Both the position numbers and the translations under genes were made by a program. The notes below the pieces were generated by a model. The model did no database searches and had not been told where the DNA came from. It saw only the letters and a program-made list of their open reading frames with translations. 64,000 bases of DNA from Acutalibacteraceae bacterium (GTDB lineage: Bacteria > Bacillota > Clostridia > Oscillospirales > Acutalibacteraceae): positions 66,913-130,912 of the forward strand of contig JAZNOE010000013.1 of assembly GCA_045580625.1 (NCBI GenBank), read 5' to 3'. Shown here in pieces: positions 27,177 to 36,817 of this stretch (position 1 is the stretch's first letter; every line of letters begins with the position of its first letter).

Positions 27177-28637
27177 ATGCAGCTTTGTTTAATTAATAAC
27201 GATTTTAAGTATGAACTTGAAAAATTAATAAGAATTTTTTTACCCTTTGAAAAAATTGAGTTTTTAAATGAAAGGGCAGATGGCGACTCTGTAGCAGTTG
27301 CAGAGCTACGAAAAGATGCCTTTGCTGAGCTTTTTTATGACGGCAAGCACTTTTCTCACACTTGCGAAATTGAAGACGTTAACGGTGATTTTTCGAAGGA
27401 TAGCGAGTTGTTCTTGGCTATTGCTTTGTTTGAATGTCTTAAAGAATGCTTTAATTATTCGCCCCAGTGGGGAATTCTGACAGGTGTTCGCCCTGCAAAG
27501 TTTTTTTCACGCATAACAAAATCAAAGGGACCCGATTTTGCCGAAAATTATTTCAAAAATTATTTAATGGTAAGTGACAAAAAAATTGCACTTTGTAAGG
27601 AAACCATAAAGGGCGAAAATGATATAACAACTAAATCAAAACCCGATTCTTTTTCACTTTACATATCAATTCCTTTTTGTCCGTCAAGATGTAATTATTG
27701 CTCGTTTGTGTCACATTCGGTCGAGCAGGCAAAGGCATATATCCCGCAGTACGTTGAACTTTTGTGTCGCGAGCTTGAAATTACCGCGCAAAAAGCCAAA
27801 GCAAACAATTTAAAGCTTATGACGGTTTACATAGGTGGCGGCACACCGACCACCTTGTCACCTGAACAGCTTACAAGGGTTATGAATACCGTGCGTGATA
27901 ATTTTGATTTAAGCGGTGTTTTGGAATATACCGTTGAAGCGGGCAGACCCGATACCATTACACAAGAAAAGCTTATGGCAATAAAGCAGGGCGGCGCAAC
28001 ACGCATAAGCATTAATCCGCAGACAATGAACGATGATGTCTTGAAAAGCATAGGTCGCAGGCATACCGCACAGCAGGTGACAGAAGCATTTTTGCTTGCG
28101 CGCGCGTGTGGGTTTGATAATATAAATATGGACCTTATTGCAGGGCTTTTGGGTGATGATTTAGACAGCTTTAAATATACGGTTAAAACTGTCGTAAGCC
28201 TAAATCCCGAAAGTGTAACGGTACATTCACTTTCAATGAAGCGTGCATCTAATCTCACGGTCAACGGTCTTCTTCCTGAAATCGAAATTGGCAAAGAGGC
28301 ATCTGATATGGTGGACTTTGCATATTATTATTTAAGTAAAATGGGCATTAGTCCTTATTATATGTACCGCCAAAGCAAGACGGTGGGTAATCTTGAAAAC
28401 GTCGGTTATGCAAAGGCGGGTTATGAATGTCTTTATAACGTTTACATTATGGATGAAACCCACACAATATTTGCTTGCGGCGCTTCGGCTGTTACAAAGC
28501 TGCGCGAGCCAAATGGTGATAAAATTGAAAGAATTTTCAATTTTAAATATCCGTATGAATATATCAGCCGTTTTGATGAACTGATGGCCAGAAAAGACGG
28601 TATTGATGATTTTTATAAAACGTATCCAATTATTTAA
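27177..28637 (+). CDS. hemZ: Radical SAM coproporphyrinogen-III-oxidase-like protein (HemZ/HemN family)
   Basis: CPSRCNYCSF radical-SAM cluster motif and a HemN-like core, with the N-terminal extension of about 150 aa typical of HemZ. Confidence 0.7.
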   Translation: MQLCLINNDFKYELEKLIRIFLPFEKIEFLNERADGDSVAVAELRKDAFAELFYDGKHFSHTCEIEDVNGDFSKDSELFLAIALFECLKECFNYSPQWGILTGVRPAKFFSRITKSKGPDFAENYFKNYLMVSDKKIALCKETIKGENDITTKSKPDSFSLYISIPFCPSRCNYCSFVSHSVEQAKAYIPQYVELLCRELEITAQKAKANNLKLMTVYIGGGTPTTLSPEQLTRVMNTVRDNFDLSGVLEYTVEAGRPDTITQEKLMAIKQGGATRISINPQTMNDDVLKSIGRRHTAQQVTEAFLLARACGFDNINMDLIAGLLGDDLDSFKYTVKTVVSLNPESVTVHSLSMKRASNLTVNGLLPEIEIGKEASDMVDFAYYYLSKMGISPYYMYRQSKTVGNLENVGYAKAGYECLYNVYIMDETHTIFACGASAVTKLREPNGDKIERIFNFKYPYEYISRFDELMARKDGIDDFYKTYPII

Positions 28638-28650
28638 CGGAGGTTATTTT

Positions 28651-29034
28651 ATGGATTTATTTGATGAATTATTAGATAAAGCAAAGGTTGCCTTTGACGT
28701 TGCGGTAAAAGCAACTGAAGATGCAGTCGATACAGGTAAGCAGAAGTTTAACATTGCATCCCTTGAAAACAAGCTTACAAAGGATTATAAGGCTTTGGGC
28801 GAGGCTTTTTATGCTTTCAGAAAAAACGGTGAAATTGATAATGATGCCGTTGATGCTTTAATTGCCTCAATTGATGAAAAGAAAGAAAAAATTGAAGAAA
28901 TTAAGGAAGAAATCCGTAAAGCAAAGGCAGACCGTGTTTGTGCTAATTGCGGTGCCGCAATTGAAAAGGATACAATTTTTTGTCCCATTTGCGGTCAGAA
29001 ATTAGAATTTACAAGTGATGATGAGGAAAATTAA
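28651..29034 (+). CDS. Coiled-coil protein with a C-terminal zinc ribbon, unknown function
   Basis: CANCG..x12..CPICG. ATG at 28651 after GGAGG. Confidence 0.55.
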   Translation: MDLFDELLDKAKVAFDVAVKATEDAVDTGKQKFNIASLENKLTKDYKALGEAFYAFRKNGEIDNDAVDALIASIDEKKEKIEEIKEEIRKAKADRVCANCGAAIEKDTIFCPICGQKLEFTSDDEEN

Positions 29035-29736
29035 ATGAATTATAACAAAATAGGAATTGTAGTTGCCGACGGTGACGAATATAAATCCTTGCGCGCAGAC
29101 GTTGAGCTTGGGGATTATGAGAAGCTTGAAATTTTAAAAAGAGAAGCACATAAATATTTAATTTCAACCGAAAAGGGAAACGTTGAAGTTATTTCAATTT
29201 TGTGCGGCATCGGTAAGGTTAATGCAACAGCCGCCACAGTTTGTCTTATAAGTATGGGCTGTGACGTTATTTTAAATTACGGTCTGTCTGGTGGTGTTAG
29301 CGGTATAGGACGCGGTGAAATTTGCTTGCCCGACCGCTTTTTAGAGCACGATTTTGATTTGCAGGTGTTAGGCTATAAGCCCTGCGAAAAGCCCGGTCAA
29401 CCGAATTACATTTTTGGTGCTGACAATGAACTTTTAAATCTTGCAAAGGGAATTATTCCTAACGTTAAAACAGGTACAGCCGTTACGGGTGACCGTTTTA
29501 TTTGTGATGATGAAGTAAGAATTTCTCTTGCAGAAAATTTTGGCGCAATGTCCTGTGATATGGAAACTGCGGCAATTGCTTACGTTTGCGAATATTCAGA
29601 TATTCCTTTTCTTGCAATAAGGCGCGTGTCTGATGATGCGGGAAATGATGCCAAGGACGCATATCGTACAATGAATATTTCTGATGAAACCTTGCTTTAC
29701 GATTACGTAAAAGCTGTCATAAATGCCCTTATTTAG
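29035..29736 (+). CDS. mtnN: 5'-methylthioadenosine/S-adenosylhomocysteine nucleosidase
   Basis: PNP_UDP_1 fold with GIGKVNA, CDMETAAIA and RRVSD motifs. Confidence 0.85.
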   Translation: MNYNKIGIVVADGDEYKSLRADVELGDYEKLEILKREAHKYLISTEKGNVEVISILCGIGKVNATAATVCLISMGCDVILNYGLSGGVSGIGRGEICLPDRFLEHDFDLQVLGYKPCEKPGQPNYIFGADNELLNLAKGIIPNVKTGTAVTGDRFICDDEVRISLAENFGAMSCDMETAAIAYVCEYSDIPFLAIRRVSDDAGNDAKDAYRTMNISDETLLYDYVKAVINALI

Positions 29737-29918
29737 TGGTTTTTTGCGGTTTTATATCAAAATTTATACAAAATTTTGTAATTTTTTTAACTTTTATTAG
29801 AAAATGTATTAAAAACTATTGATTTTTTATCTGATGTATGGTAAAAATAAATAGTACATTGTTACGTACGGACAAGTTGTTACAACTTTCCGTTAAAAAA
29901 ATATTGGAGGATTTTATT

Positions 29919-30191
29919 ATGAACAAAACAGAATTAGTTGCATCTATTGCTGAAAAGGCAGGTATTTCTAAGGCAGCTGCAGACAAGGCTCTTGCAGCAT
30001 TCGTTGACACCGTTACCGCTGAATTAAAGGCTGGCGGTTCTGTACAGCTTATCGGCTTCGGTACCTTCAAGGTTGCTGAACGTGCAGCTCGCACCGGTAT
30101 CAACCCCAAGACCAAGGCTAAGATCGAAATCGCTGCTTCTAAGGCTCCTGCTTTCAAGGCTGGCGCTGCTTTAAAAGCTGCTATTAAGTAA
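29919..30191 (+). CDS. hup: DNA-binding protein HU
   Basis: MNKTELV..GFGTFKVAERAARTGINPKT, 90 aa. ATG at 29919 after GGAGG. Confidence 0.95.
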   Translation: MNKTELVASIAEKAGISKAAADKALAAFVDTVTAELKAGGSVQLIGFGTFKVAERAARTGINPKTKAKIEIAASKAPAFKAGAALKAAIK

Positions 30192-30199
30192 TTAACCTT

Positions 30200-30234
30200 T
30201 TAAGCCGTCTGGTTTCAGGCGGCTTAATTTTTTG
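30200..30234 (+). terminator. Intrinsic terminator of hup
   Basis: TAAGCCG..CGGCTTA hairpin followed by a T-run. Confidence 0.75.
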
Positions 30235-30250
30235 TGCAGAGGTTTTAATT

Positions 30251-30493
30251 TTGAGATTAGATAAATATTTAAAAGTGTCGCGCATTATTAAGCGCCGCAC
30301 AATTGCAAACGAGGCGTGTGATGCAGGCCGTGTTAACGTAAACGGTAAGGTTGCACGTGCATCTTATGACGTAAAGGTGGGGGATAATATTGAAATTTCT
30401 TTCGGTACCCGCATTGTCAAAGTTGAGGTTTTAAGCCTTAACGAAACAATTCATAAAGAAGATGCCGCGCTTATGTATAAAATAATAGAATAA
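30251..30493 (+). CDS. yabO: S4-domain RNA-binding protein YabO (Hsp15/RqcP-like)
   Basis: MRLDKYLKVSRIIKRRT S4 motif, 80 aa. It precedes yabP-yabQ-divIC as in Bacillus. Confidence 0.85.
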   Translation: MRLDKYLKVSRIIKRRTIANEACDAGRVNVNGKVARASYDVKVGDNIEISFGTRIVKVEVLSLNETIHKEDAALMYKIIE

Positions 30494-30533
30494 TTGAAAT
30501 GCCCCTTAAATATATTTTTAAGGGGTGTTTTTT

Positions 30534-30803
30534 ATGGATGAAATTATTAAGCAAAACAGCAATATAATTATTGAAAACCGAAAGGGAATTAGTGTTTCGG
30601 GTGTAAAAGAATGTCTTTCCTTCGATGATGAAACGGTTGTGCTTGATACTGTTCTTGGTCAACTCACAATTAAAGGTGAAAAGCTTCATATAAATAATTT
30701 TGACACTAAAACAGGTGATTTTTCACTTGATGGAAAGCTTTTTGCTTTGGCATATACTCAAAAACAAAACACCGGCTCATTCTTTGGGCGTATTTTCAGA
30801 TAA
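30534..30803 (+). CDS. yabP: Sporulation protein YabP
   Basis: About 90 aa, YabP-like (ENRKGISVSGV, LTIKGEKLHI), in a conserved gene order. Confidence 0.8.
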   Translation: MDEIIKQNSNIIIENRKGISVSGVKECLSFDDETVVLDTVLGQLTIKGEKLHINNFDTKTGDFSLDGKLFALAYTQKQNTGSFFGRIFR

Positions 30804-31265
30804 ATGTGGGAAATTAGTAATTCTTTTCAGCTGTTTTCTTTTCTTATATCTCTTGTCTTTGGTGCGGTTTATTGTCTGGCTTACGATTTTATACGTGCTT
30901 TAAGACAAAGCAGGGATATATCAGACCTGACGGTTTTTATTCAGGATATCGTATACTTTACACTGATTTCGTTTGTAACTTTTTTCCTTTTAATGGCACT
31001 TTCAAACGGCGAGGTCAGGGGATATATAATCATAGGTATTATACTTGGCTTTTTCATTTGTTTTGTGACCTTATCACGTTTTACGTTGAAATTACTAAAC
31101 GTAATATTTAAGTTTTTTGAAAAGTCGGCTGAAAAAATAATTGATCTTGTAAACCGTTTTTTTGATATAGTTTGGGTATTTATTTGCAAAACAATGAAAA
31201 AATACGGCAAAATGCTTAATAAAAGTAAAAAAATATTTAAAAAGCACTTGAAAAAAGCAGACTGA
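30804..31265 (+). CDS. yabQ: Spore cortex biosynthesis membrane protein YabQ
   Basis: Small polytopic membrane protein immediately after yabP. The start abuts the yabP stop codon. Confidence 0.7.
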   Translation: MWEISNSFQLFSFLISLVFGAVYCLAYDFIRALRQSRDISDLTVFIQDIVYFTLISFVTFFLLMALSNGEVRGYIIIGIILGFFICFVTLSRFTLKLLNVIFKFFEKSAEKIIDLVNRFFDIVWVFICKTMKKYGKMLNKSKKIFKKHLKKAD

Positions 31266-31309
31266 TTGTTGTATATTATTATATGATTAATATTTAGGAG
31301 GTGCCGTAA

Positions 31310-31600
31310 ATGAAACGCAAGCCGCGCAGAGACCGAAGTGTTATTTTAAAGGTTTTTGCTCTTTTGGTGTGTGTTTGGGTTTTTGGCAGTCTTTTAAATC
31401 TTTGGTCAACACTTAATGAAAGTCAGGCCGAGCTTAAGGCTTTAAAGGAAGAATATGCCAAAACTGAAAATGACATAGCCGAACTTAAAGCAATGCTCGC
31501 AGATGAATCAAACACACAAATCATTGAAAAGGCTGCCCGCGAAAGACTTGGTTATATCTATTCTGATGAACAGGTGTTTATTGACATTTCGGGCAACTAA
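31310..31600 (+). CDS. divIC: Septum formation initiator DivIC/FtsB
   Basis: Basic N-terminus, one TM segment and a coiled coil. Strong RBS AGGAGG and conserved position. Confidence 0.8.
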   Translation: MKRKPRRDRSVILKVFALLVCVWVFGSLLNLWSTLNESQAELKALKEEYAKTENDIAELKAMLADESNTQIIEKAARERLGYIYSDEQVFIDISGN

Positions 31601-31630
31601 GGTAAAAATTTAGGGGGATAAAAATCTAAA

Positions 31631-32089
31631 ATGCAGCAGCTCACTGTGGGAGAAATTGTGGAAGGCAAGATTACCGGCATTACAAACTTCGGTATTTTTG
31701 CAGATCTTGGCAAGGGAAAATCTGGAATGGTACATATATCTGAAGTTTCCCGCACGTATGTTAGCGACATTAACGAGCTTTTTAAGGTCGGTGACGTTGT
31801 TAAGATGAAGGTTATGAATATATCTGAAGATGGCAAGATAAGCCTTTCCATCAAACGCGCGCTCGAGCCCGAGAAGAAACCCGATGCGCCCAAAAGACCT
31901 CGACAGGAATGCCCCCAAAGGGAACCTGCAAAGCCTAATTATAATTCTTATACCTGGGCACCCAAAAAGCAGGAGCCAGCAAGCTTTGAAGAAATGATGA
32001 ACCGCTTTAAGCAGACAAGCGATGAAAAGTTTTCGGACCTTAAGCGTAAGAATCCCGAAACAGGTCGCACCAAAAGAAGAACAAGATAA
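31631..32089 (+). CDS. yabR: S1 RNA-binding domain protein YabR
   Basis: S1 motif GEIVEGKITGITNFGIFADL with a basic C-terminal tail. Confidence 0.85.
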   Translation: MQQLTVGEIVEGKITGITNFGIFADLGKGKSGMVHISEVSRTYVSDINELFKVGDVVKMKVMNISEDGKISLSIKRALEPEKKPDAPKRPRQECPQREPAKPNYNSYTWAPKKQEPASFEEMMNRFKQTSDEKFSDLKRKNPETGRTKRRTR

Positions 32090-32096
32090 AATTATG

Positions 32097-32123
32097 GGCG
32101 AAACATAACGTTTCGCCTTTTTT
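32097..32123 (+). terminator. Intrinsic terminator
   Basis: GGCGAAAC-ATAA-GTTTCGCC followed by TTTTTT. Confidence 0.8.
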
Positions 32124-32134
32124 GAGGTTTAATA

Positions 32135-33253
32135 ATGAGTAATATTAATTTAGTTGCACCGTGCTTATTCGGTGTTGAAAGCATTGCCGCTGATGAATTC
32201 CGCCGCATGGGCTTTACCGACGTAAAGGCCGAAAACGGTCGTGTGCTTTTATCGGGTGAAGAAAATATGCTTGCGCGCGCTAATATCTGCTCGCGCTTTA
32301 GTGAAAGAATTTTAATAAACGTCGGTGAATTTGAAGCCACTACCTTTACCGAACTTTTTGACGGTGTCAAAGCGCTTAATTGGGAGGATTACATCGGTCG
32401 TGATGATGCTTTTCCCGTAAATGGCTGGAGCATTAATTCACAGCTTTTCAGCATACCAGACTGTCAGTCAATTATTAAAAAGGCAATTGTTGAAAGGCTT
32501 AAGCTTAAATATAGGATTAATATTTTCCCCGAAACAGGCAGCGAATTTAAAATTCGTTTTTCAATTCATAAAAATATTGTCACAATGATGATTGACACCA
32601 GTGGTGAAGGTTTGCACAAAAGGGGATACCGCCGCAATTCTAACGATGCGCCTTTAAAGGAAACCTTGGCAGCTTCAATGTGCGATTTAGCAAGAATTTA
32701 TCCTGATACACAGCTTTTTGACCCCTTTTGCGGAAGCGGTACAATCTTAATTGAAGCGGCCCTTATGGCAACCAAAACTGCACCCGGTCTTCGCCGTTAT
32801 TTTGCGGCAGAGCGTTTCGGATTTTTAGATGACAAGATCTGGCGTGAAGAACGCACCCGTGCACAGGATTTAATTCTTAAAAACGTTGAATTCAGGGCGC
32901 AGGGCTTTGATATTGACCCCGCTTGTGTTGAGCTTACCCTTGCAAATGCTAAAAAAGCAGGTGTTGAAAAATACGTTAAGGCTGCAATTGGCGACGTTAA
33001 AGATTTTAAAGCACCCGAAAAGCGTTGCCTTACCATTACTAACCCGCCTTACGGTGAGCGTCTTTTGGACGTTAAAGCCGCAGAAGAGCTTTATAAGGTG
33101 ATGGGCAAACAGTTCCAGCAGGGTGAGGGAAGAAAGTATTTTATAATAAGCCCACATGATGAATTTGAAAAGCATTACGGAAGAGAAGCAGACAAGCGCC
33201 GTAAGCTTTATAACGGTATGATTAAATGTCAGCTGTTTATGTATTTTAAATAA
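32135..33253 (+). CDS. THUMP-domain class I SAM-dependent RNA methyltransferase (RlmL/YpsC-like)
   Basis: N-terminal THUMP domain, the SAM motif DPFCGSGT and the catalytic motif NPPYGERL. Confidence 0.85.
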   Translation: MSNINLVAPCLFGVESIAADEFRRMGFTDVKAENGRVLLSGEENMLARANICSRFSERILINVGEFEATTFTELFDGVKALNWEDYIGRDDAFPVNGWSINSQLFSIPDCQSIIKKAIVERLKLKYRINIFPETGSEFKIRFSIHKNIVTMMIDTSGEGLHKRGYRRNSNDAPLKETLAASMCDLARIYPDTQLFDPFCGSGTILIEAALMATKTAPGLRRYFAAERFGFLDDKIWREERTRAQDLILKNVEFRAQGFDIDPACVELTLANAKKAGVEKYVKAAIGDVKDFKAPEKRCLTITNPPYGERLLDVKAAEELYKVMGKQFQQGEGRKYFIISPHDEFEKHYGREADKRRKLYNGMIKCQLFMYFK

Positions 33254-33282
33254 TTGACAAATGTCGTATATTGTCATATAAT
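33254..33282 (+). promoter_or_regulatory. Consensus sigma-A promoter driving the FMN riboswitch
   Basis: TTGACA (33254-33259), 17-nt spacer, TATAAT (33277-33282). Confidence 0.65.
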
Positions 33283-33291
33283 AGCATTATA

Positions 33292-33402
33292 ATCTTCGGG
33301 GCGAGGTGCAATTCCTCACCGGCGGTACAGCCCGCGAGCCTTTTATAAGGCCGATTTGGTGAAATTCCAAAGCCGACAGTAAAGTCTGGATGTGAGAAGA
33401 GT
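33292..33402 (+). promoter_or_regulatory. FMN riboswitch (RFN element)
   Basis: TCTTCGGGGCGAGGTGCAATTCCTCACCGGCGGTA..AGCCCGCGAGC..GATTTGGTGAAATTCCAAAGCCGACAGT..AGTCTGGATGTGAGAAGA matches the RFN consensus. Confidence 0.9.
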
Positions 33403-33419
33403 ATTGTTTTAAGTACTGA

Positions 33420-33452
33420 CGCCCTTATTTTATGTAAGGGCGTTTATTTTTT
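33420..33452 (+). terminator. FMN riboswitch terminator
   Basis: GCCCTTA / TAAGGGC hairpin followed by a T-run. Confidence 0.8.
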
Positions 33453-33463
33453 GAGGTGATATT

Positions 33464-34048
33464 ATGCGTAAGGAAGAAATTAAAAAGCTTGCCTTTTGTG
33501 CGCTTTTCGGGGCACTTGGCTTTGTTTTAATGCTGCTTGAATTTCCTTTGCCGATTATTCCGTCATTTGTAAAGTTCGATTTTTCAGAGCTTCCGGCACT
33601 TATTGTCAGCTTTGTATACGGCCCGCTTTACGGTATTCTTGTTTGCTTTTTAAAGAATATTCTGCATTTGTTTGTTACCACCAGCGCAGGCGTGGGTGAG
33701 GTTTCTAATTTTATTCTTGGTGCTATTTTTGTTGGTGTTGCGGGGTTGGTTTATAAGTATAACAAAAGCCGCAAATACGCACTTTTAGGCTCGCTTGCAG
33801 GGGCACTTATTATGGCGGTTATAAGCATACCATCAAATTATTTTATTGTTTATCCTGCGTTTTCGGTGCTTTACGGTTTGCCAATACCTGCAATTATCGG
33901 TATGTATCAGGCAATTTTACCCTCGGTTGACGGTCTTTTTGAAGCACTTATTATCTTTAATTTGCCCTTTAATTTTGCTAAGGGAATAATTGATGCGGCA
34001 ATTTGCTTTTTGGTTTATAAAAAGTTATCGCCGATACTTAAAAAATAA
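33464..34048 (+). CDS. ribU: Riboflavin transporter RibU (ECF S-component)
   Basis: Six-TM S-component with FVKFDFSELPALIVSF..GP..G, directly under an FMN riboswitch. Confidence 0.88.
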   Translation: MRKEEIKKLAFCALFGALGFVLMLLEFPLPIIPSFVKFDFSELPALIVSFVYGPLYGILVCFLKNILHLFVTTSAGVGEVSNFILGAIFVGVAGLVYKYNKSRKYALLGSLAGALIMAVISIPSNYFIVYPAFSVLYGLPIPAIIGMYQAILPSVDGLFEALIIFNLPFNFAKGIIDAAICFLVYKKLSPILKK

Positions 34049-34049
34049 C

Positions 34050-34077
34050 TTGACAAATTTCGATTATATGTTACAAT
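34050..34077 (+). promoter_or_regulatory. Candidate sigma-A promoter driving the SAM riboswitch
   Basis: TTGACA (34050-34055), 16-nt spacer, TGtTACAAT (34069-34077). Confidence 0.55.
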
Positions 34078-34099
34078 GGTTAACGCAAAATAAATATCG

Positions 34100-34196
34100 T
34101 CCTTATCAAGAGTGGTGGAGGGGAACGGCCCGATGAAGCCCGGCAACCTGTTTTTACAAGGTGCTAAATCCGTCGGTTTATCCGAAAGATGAGGTT
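34100..34196 (+). promoter_or_regulatory. SAM-I riboswitch (S-box)
   Basis: CTTATCAAGAGTGGTGGAGGGAACGGCCCGATGAAGCCCGGCAACC..GGTGCTAAATCC..AGATGAGG matches the S-box consensus. Confidence 0.9.
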
Positions 34197-34206
34197 GTTT
34201 TATAAA

Positions 34207-34236
34207 ACCGCCTCGAAAGATGGCGGTAATTTTTTT
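34207..34236 (+). terminator. SAM riboswitch terminator
   Basis: ACCGCC-TCGAAAGAT-GGCGGT followed by AATTTTTTT. Confidence 0.7.
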
Positions 34237-34274
34237 GTAAAATACGTTTTTTATAATAGAAAGGAATTTTTAAA

Positions 34275-35462
34275 ATGGCAAAAATGCTTTTTACTTCTGA
34301 ATCGGTTACTGAAGGTCATCCCGACAAAGTGTCTGACCAGGTATCAGATGCGGTTTTAGATGCTATCTTCAGTCAGGACCCTTATGCCCGTGTTGCTTGC
34401 GAAACCTTCTGCACAACAGGTGTTGTTACTGTTATGGGTGAAATTACCACCACTGCACAGGTTGATATTCCTGCAGTTGTACGTGAGGTTGTTTGTGATA
34501 TCGGCTATAACAGTGAAAAGGCCGGCTTTAACGGTAATAATTGTGCTGTTATGGTGTCACTTGACAAGCAGTCACCCGATATTGCAATGGGCGTTGATAA
34601 GTCCTTTGAGCTTAAAGACGGTGAAGATGATGCTTACAACCTCAACGGTGCAGGCGACCAGGGTATGATGTTCGGTTATGCATGCAACGAAACCGAAGAA
34701 TTAATGCCTTTGGCAATTTCACTTGCACACAAAATGGCAAAGCGTCTTACAGACGTTCGTAAGAGCGGTGAATTGGATTATTTAAATCCCGACGGAAAAA
34801 CACAGGTTACCGTTGAATATAATGACGGTGTACCCACCCGTGTTGATACCGTTGTTGTTTCAAGTCAGCACACTGCAGACGTTTCACTTGAAACCCTTCG
34901 TGCGGGCATTTTGGAAAAGGTTATTAAACCCATTGTTCCGGCTGAGCTTATGGATGAAAATACTAAAGTTTTCATTAATCCCACAGGTCGTTTTGTTGTT
35001 GGTGGTCCTCAGGGTGATACAGGTCTTACAGGTCGTAAGATTATTGTTGATACATACGGCGGTTATGCACGTCACGGCGGCGGTGCATTCTCAGGCAAAG
35101 ACCCGACAAAGGTTGACCGCAGTGCCGCTTATGCATCACGTTGGGTTGCTAAAAACATCGTTGCCGCAGGTATGGCTGATAAGTGCGAAATTCAGTTGGC
35201 TTATGCTATTGGTGTTGCGCGCCCTGTTTCTGTAATGGTTGATACCTTCGGCACCGGCAAAATAGCTGATGATGAAATTGTTGATGCAGTAAATAAGGTT
35301 TTTGATTTGCGTCCTTCTGCAATTATCGATGCTTTAGATCTTCGCCGTCCTATCTACCGACAGACCGCTGCTTACGGTCACATGGGCAGAACCGATATTG
35401 ATTTACCCTGGGAAAAGACCGACAAGGTAGAAGAATTAAAAAAATACTTGACAAATTCATAA
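34275..35462 (+). CDS. metK: S-adenosylmethionine synthase
   Basis: [22 protein letters not shown] and GGGAFSGKD motifs. Confidence 0.97.
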   Translation: MAKMLFTSESVTEGHPDKVSDQVSDAVLDAIFSQDPYARVACETFCTTGVVTVMGEITTTAQVDIPAVVREVVCDIGYNSEKAGFNGNNCAVMVSLDKQSPDIAMGVDKSFELKDGEDDAYNLNGAGDQGMMFGYACNETEELMPLAISLAHKMAKRLTDVRKSGELDYLNPDGKTQVTVEYNDGVPTRVDTVVVSSQHTADVSLETLRAGILEKVIKPIVPAELMDENTKVFINPTGRFVVGGPQGDTGLTGRKIIVDTYGGYARHGGGAFSGKDPTKVDRSAAYASRWVAKNIVAAGMADKCEIQLAYAIGVARPVSVMVDTFGTGKIADDEIVDAVNKVFDLRPSAIIDALDLRRPIYRQTAAYGHMGRTDIDLPWEKTDKVEELKKYLTNS

Positions 35463-35479
35463 TTTAGTGTATAATAATT

Positions 35480-35600
35480 GTAACAACAAAGTAGTACGTA
35501 TTTCGTCCTCACCCTCAGATTTTGTTTAAAAGGGTCAATAAGTTCCAATCTCTTTGGTATTCTTATGCGTGGGCGTTATTGCGTCCACGCTTTTGTTATA
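35480..35600 (+). promoter_or_regulatory. Leader of the infC-rpmI-rplT operon with a terminator-like hairpin (possible L20-responsive attenuator)
   Basis: Hairpin GCGTGGGCG..GCGTCCACGC (35567-35590) followed by TTTTGTT, just upstream of the infC RBS. The position matches the Firmicutes L20 leader, but I could not verify the fold. Confidence 0.35.
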
Positions 35601-35625
35601 TATTCCTATTTGGAGGTGCGTTAGC

Positions 35626-36144
35626 ATTAGCAGTAAAGAAGTTGCTATAAACGAAGGTATTAAATTTAAGGAAGTTCGCGTCATTATGAATGACGGAAGT
35701 CAGCTTGGCATTGTTTCAATTGACAAAGCTCTTGAAGCGGCAAATAAAGCTGAACTTGACTTGGTTTGCATTTCTCCCAACGCTCAGCCGCCCGTTTGTA
35801 AGGTTATGGACTATGGTAAATACCGTTTCGAACAGGCAAAGCGCGAAAAGGAAAATAAGAAAAACCAAAAGGTTATTGAAACCAAGGAAATTCGCTTAGG
35901 TTTAAGCATCGACGTACATGACTTTGAAACCAAAGGCAAGCAAACTATTAAGTTTATTCAAAGCGGCAATAAGGTTAAGGTTTCCATCCGCTTCCGCGGT
36001 CGTGAAATGGGTCACCCCGAAATTGGTCTTGATATTATGAAGCGCTTTGCAGAATACTGTCAGGATGTTGCCAACGTTGAAAAGCCTGCTAAGCTTGAGG
36101 GACGTAATATGCTTATGTTCCTGGCTCCCAAATCCGGCAAATAA
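35626..36144 (+). CDS. infC: Translation initiation factor IF-3, non-canonical ATT start
   Basis: The conserved IF-3 N-terminus (SSKEVAINEGIKFKEVRVIMNDGSQLGIVS) begins at the ATT at 35626, 9 nt after GGAGG (35612-35616). There is no in-frame ATG, GTG or TTG between the leader hairpin and this point. Confidence 0.85.
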   Translation: MSSKEVAINEGIKFKEVRVIMNDGSQLGIVSIDKALEAANKAELDLVCISPNAQPPVCKVMDYGKYRFEQAKREKENKKNQKVIETKEIRLGLSIDVHDFETKGKQTIKFIQSGNKVKVSIRFRGREMGHPEIGLDIMKRFAEYCQDVANVEKPAKLEGRNMLMFLAPKSGK

Positions 36145-36174
36145 CATAATAAATTTTCAAATGGAGGAATAAAA

Positions 36175-36372
36175 ATGCCTAAAATTAAAACTCACAGTGG
36201 CGCAAAGAAACGCTTTAAGCTTACCAAAACCGGTCAAGTAAAACGTGCACACGCTTTCAAGTCACACATTCTCAACAAGAAAACCACAAAACGTAAGAGA
36301 AACCTTCGCAAGGTTGTTGTTGCAGACGTAACCAACACCGCAACCGTTAAGAAGTTAATTCCTTACAAGTAA
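36175..36372 (+). CDS. rpmI: 50S ribosomal protein L35
   Basis: [15 protein letters not shown]..., 65 aa. Confidence 0.97.
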   Translation: MPKIKTHSGAKKRFKLTKTGQVKRAHAFKSHILNKKTTKRKRNLRKVVVADVTNTATVKKLIPYK

Positions 36373-36397
36373 GAAGTAATTATTGGAGGTATAAGAA

Positions 36398-36757
36398 ATG
36401 GCACGTGTTAAAGGTGCGTTAGCTACACGCAAAAGAAGAAATAAAGTGTTAAAGCTTGCTAAGGGCTACTTCGGCGCTAAGTCAAAGCTTTTTAAAACCG
36501 CTAAAGAAGCAGTTATGAAGTCTGGCCAGTATGCTTACATCGGCCGTCGTCTTAAGAAACGTGATTTCCGTCGTCTTTGGATTACACGTATCTCTGCTGC
36601 TTGCAAAATGAACGGTATGAACTATTCAAGCTTTATGAACGGTCTTAACAAGGCTGGTATTGAAATCAACCGTAAGATGTTAGCTGATCTCGCAGTTAAT
36701 GATGCTAAGGGCTTCGAAACCTTGGTAAAGGCTGCTAAGAAGGCTCTTGAAAAATAA
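36398..36757 (+). CDS. rplT: 50S ribosomal protein L20
   Basis: [26 protein letters not shown]..., 119 aa. Confidence 0.97.
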   Translation: MARVKGALATRKRRNKVLKLAKGYFGAKSKLFKTAKEAVMKSGQYAYIGRRLKKRDFRRLWITRISAACKMNGMNYSSFMNGLNKAGIEINRKMLADLAVNDAKGFETLVKAAKKALEK

Positions 36758-36763
36758 TTTTTT

Positions 36764-36803
36764 TCGCCCGAGTATTATATATTCGGGCGACTTTTTCGTT
36801 TTT
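36764..36803 (+). terminator. Intrinsic terminator
   Basis: TCGCCCGA..TTCGGGCGA hairpin followed by T-rich runs. Confidence 0.75.
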
Positions 36804-36817
36804 AAAGAGGTGAAAAA

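Noticed and set aside
29816-30157. 113-aa Ala-rich ORF on the minus strand
   Set aside because: It is antisense to the hup (HU) gene, which has a strong RBS and a canonical sequence. Shadow ORF.
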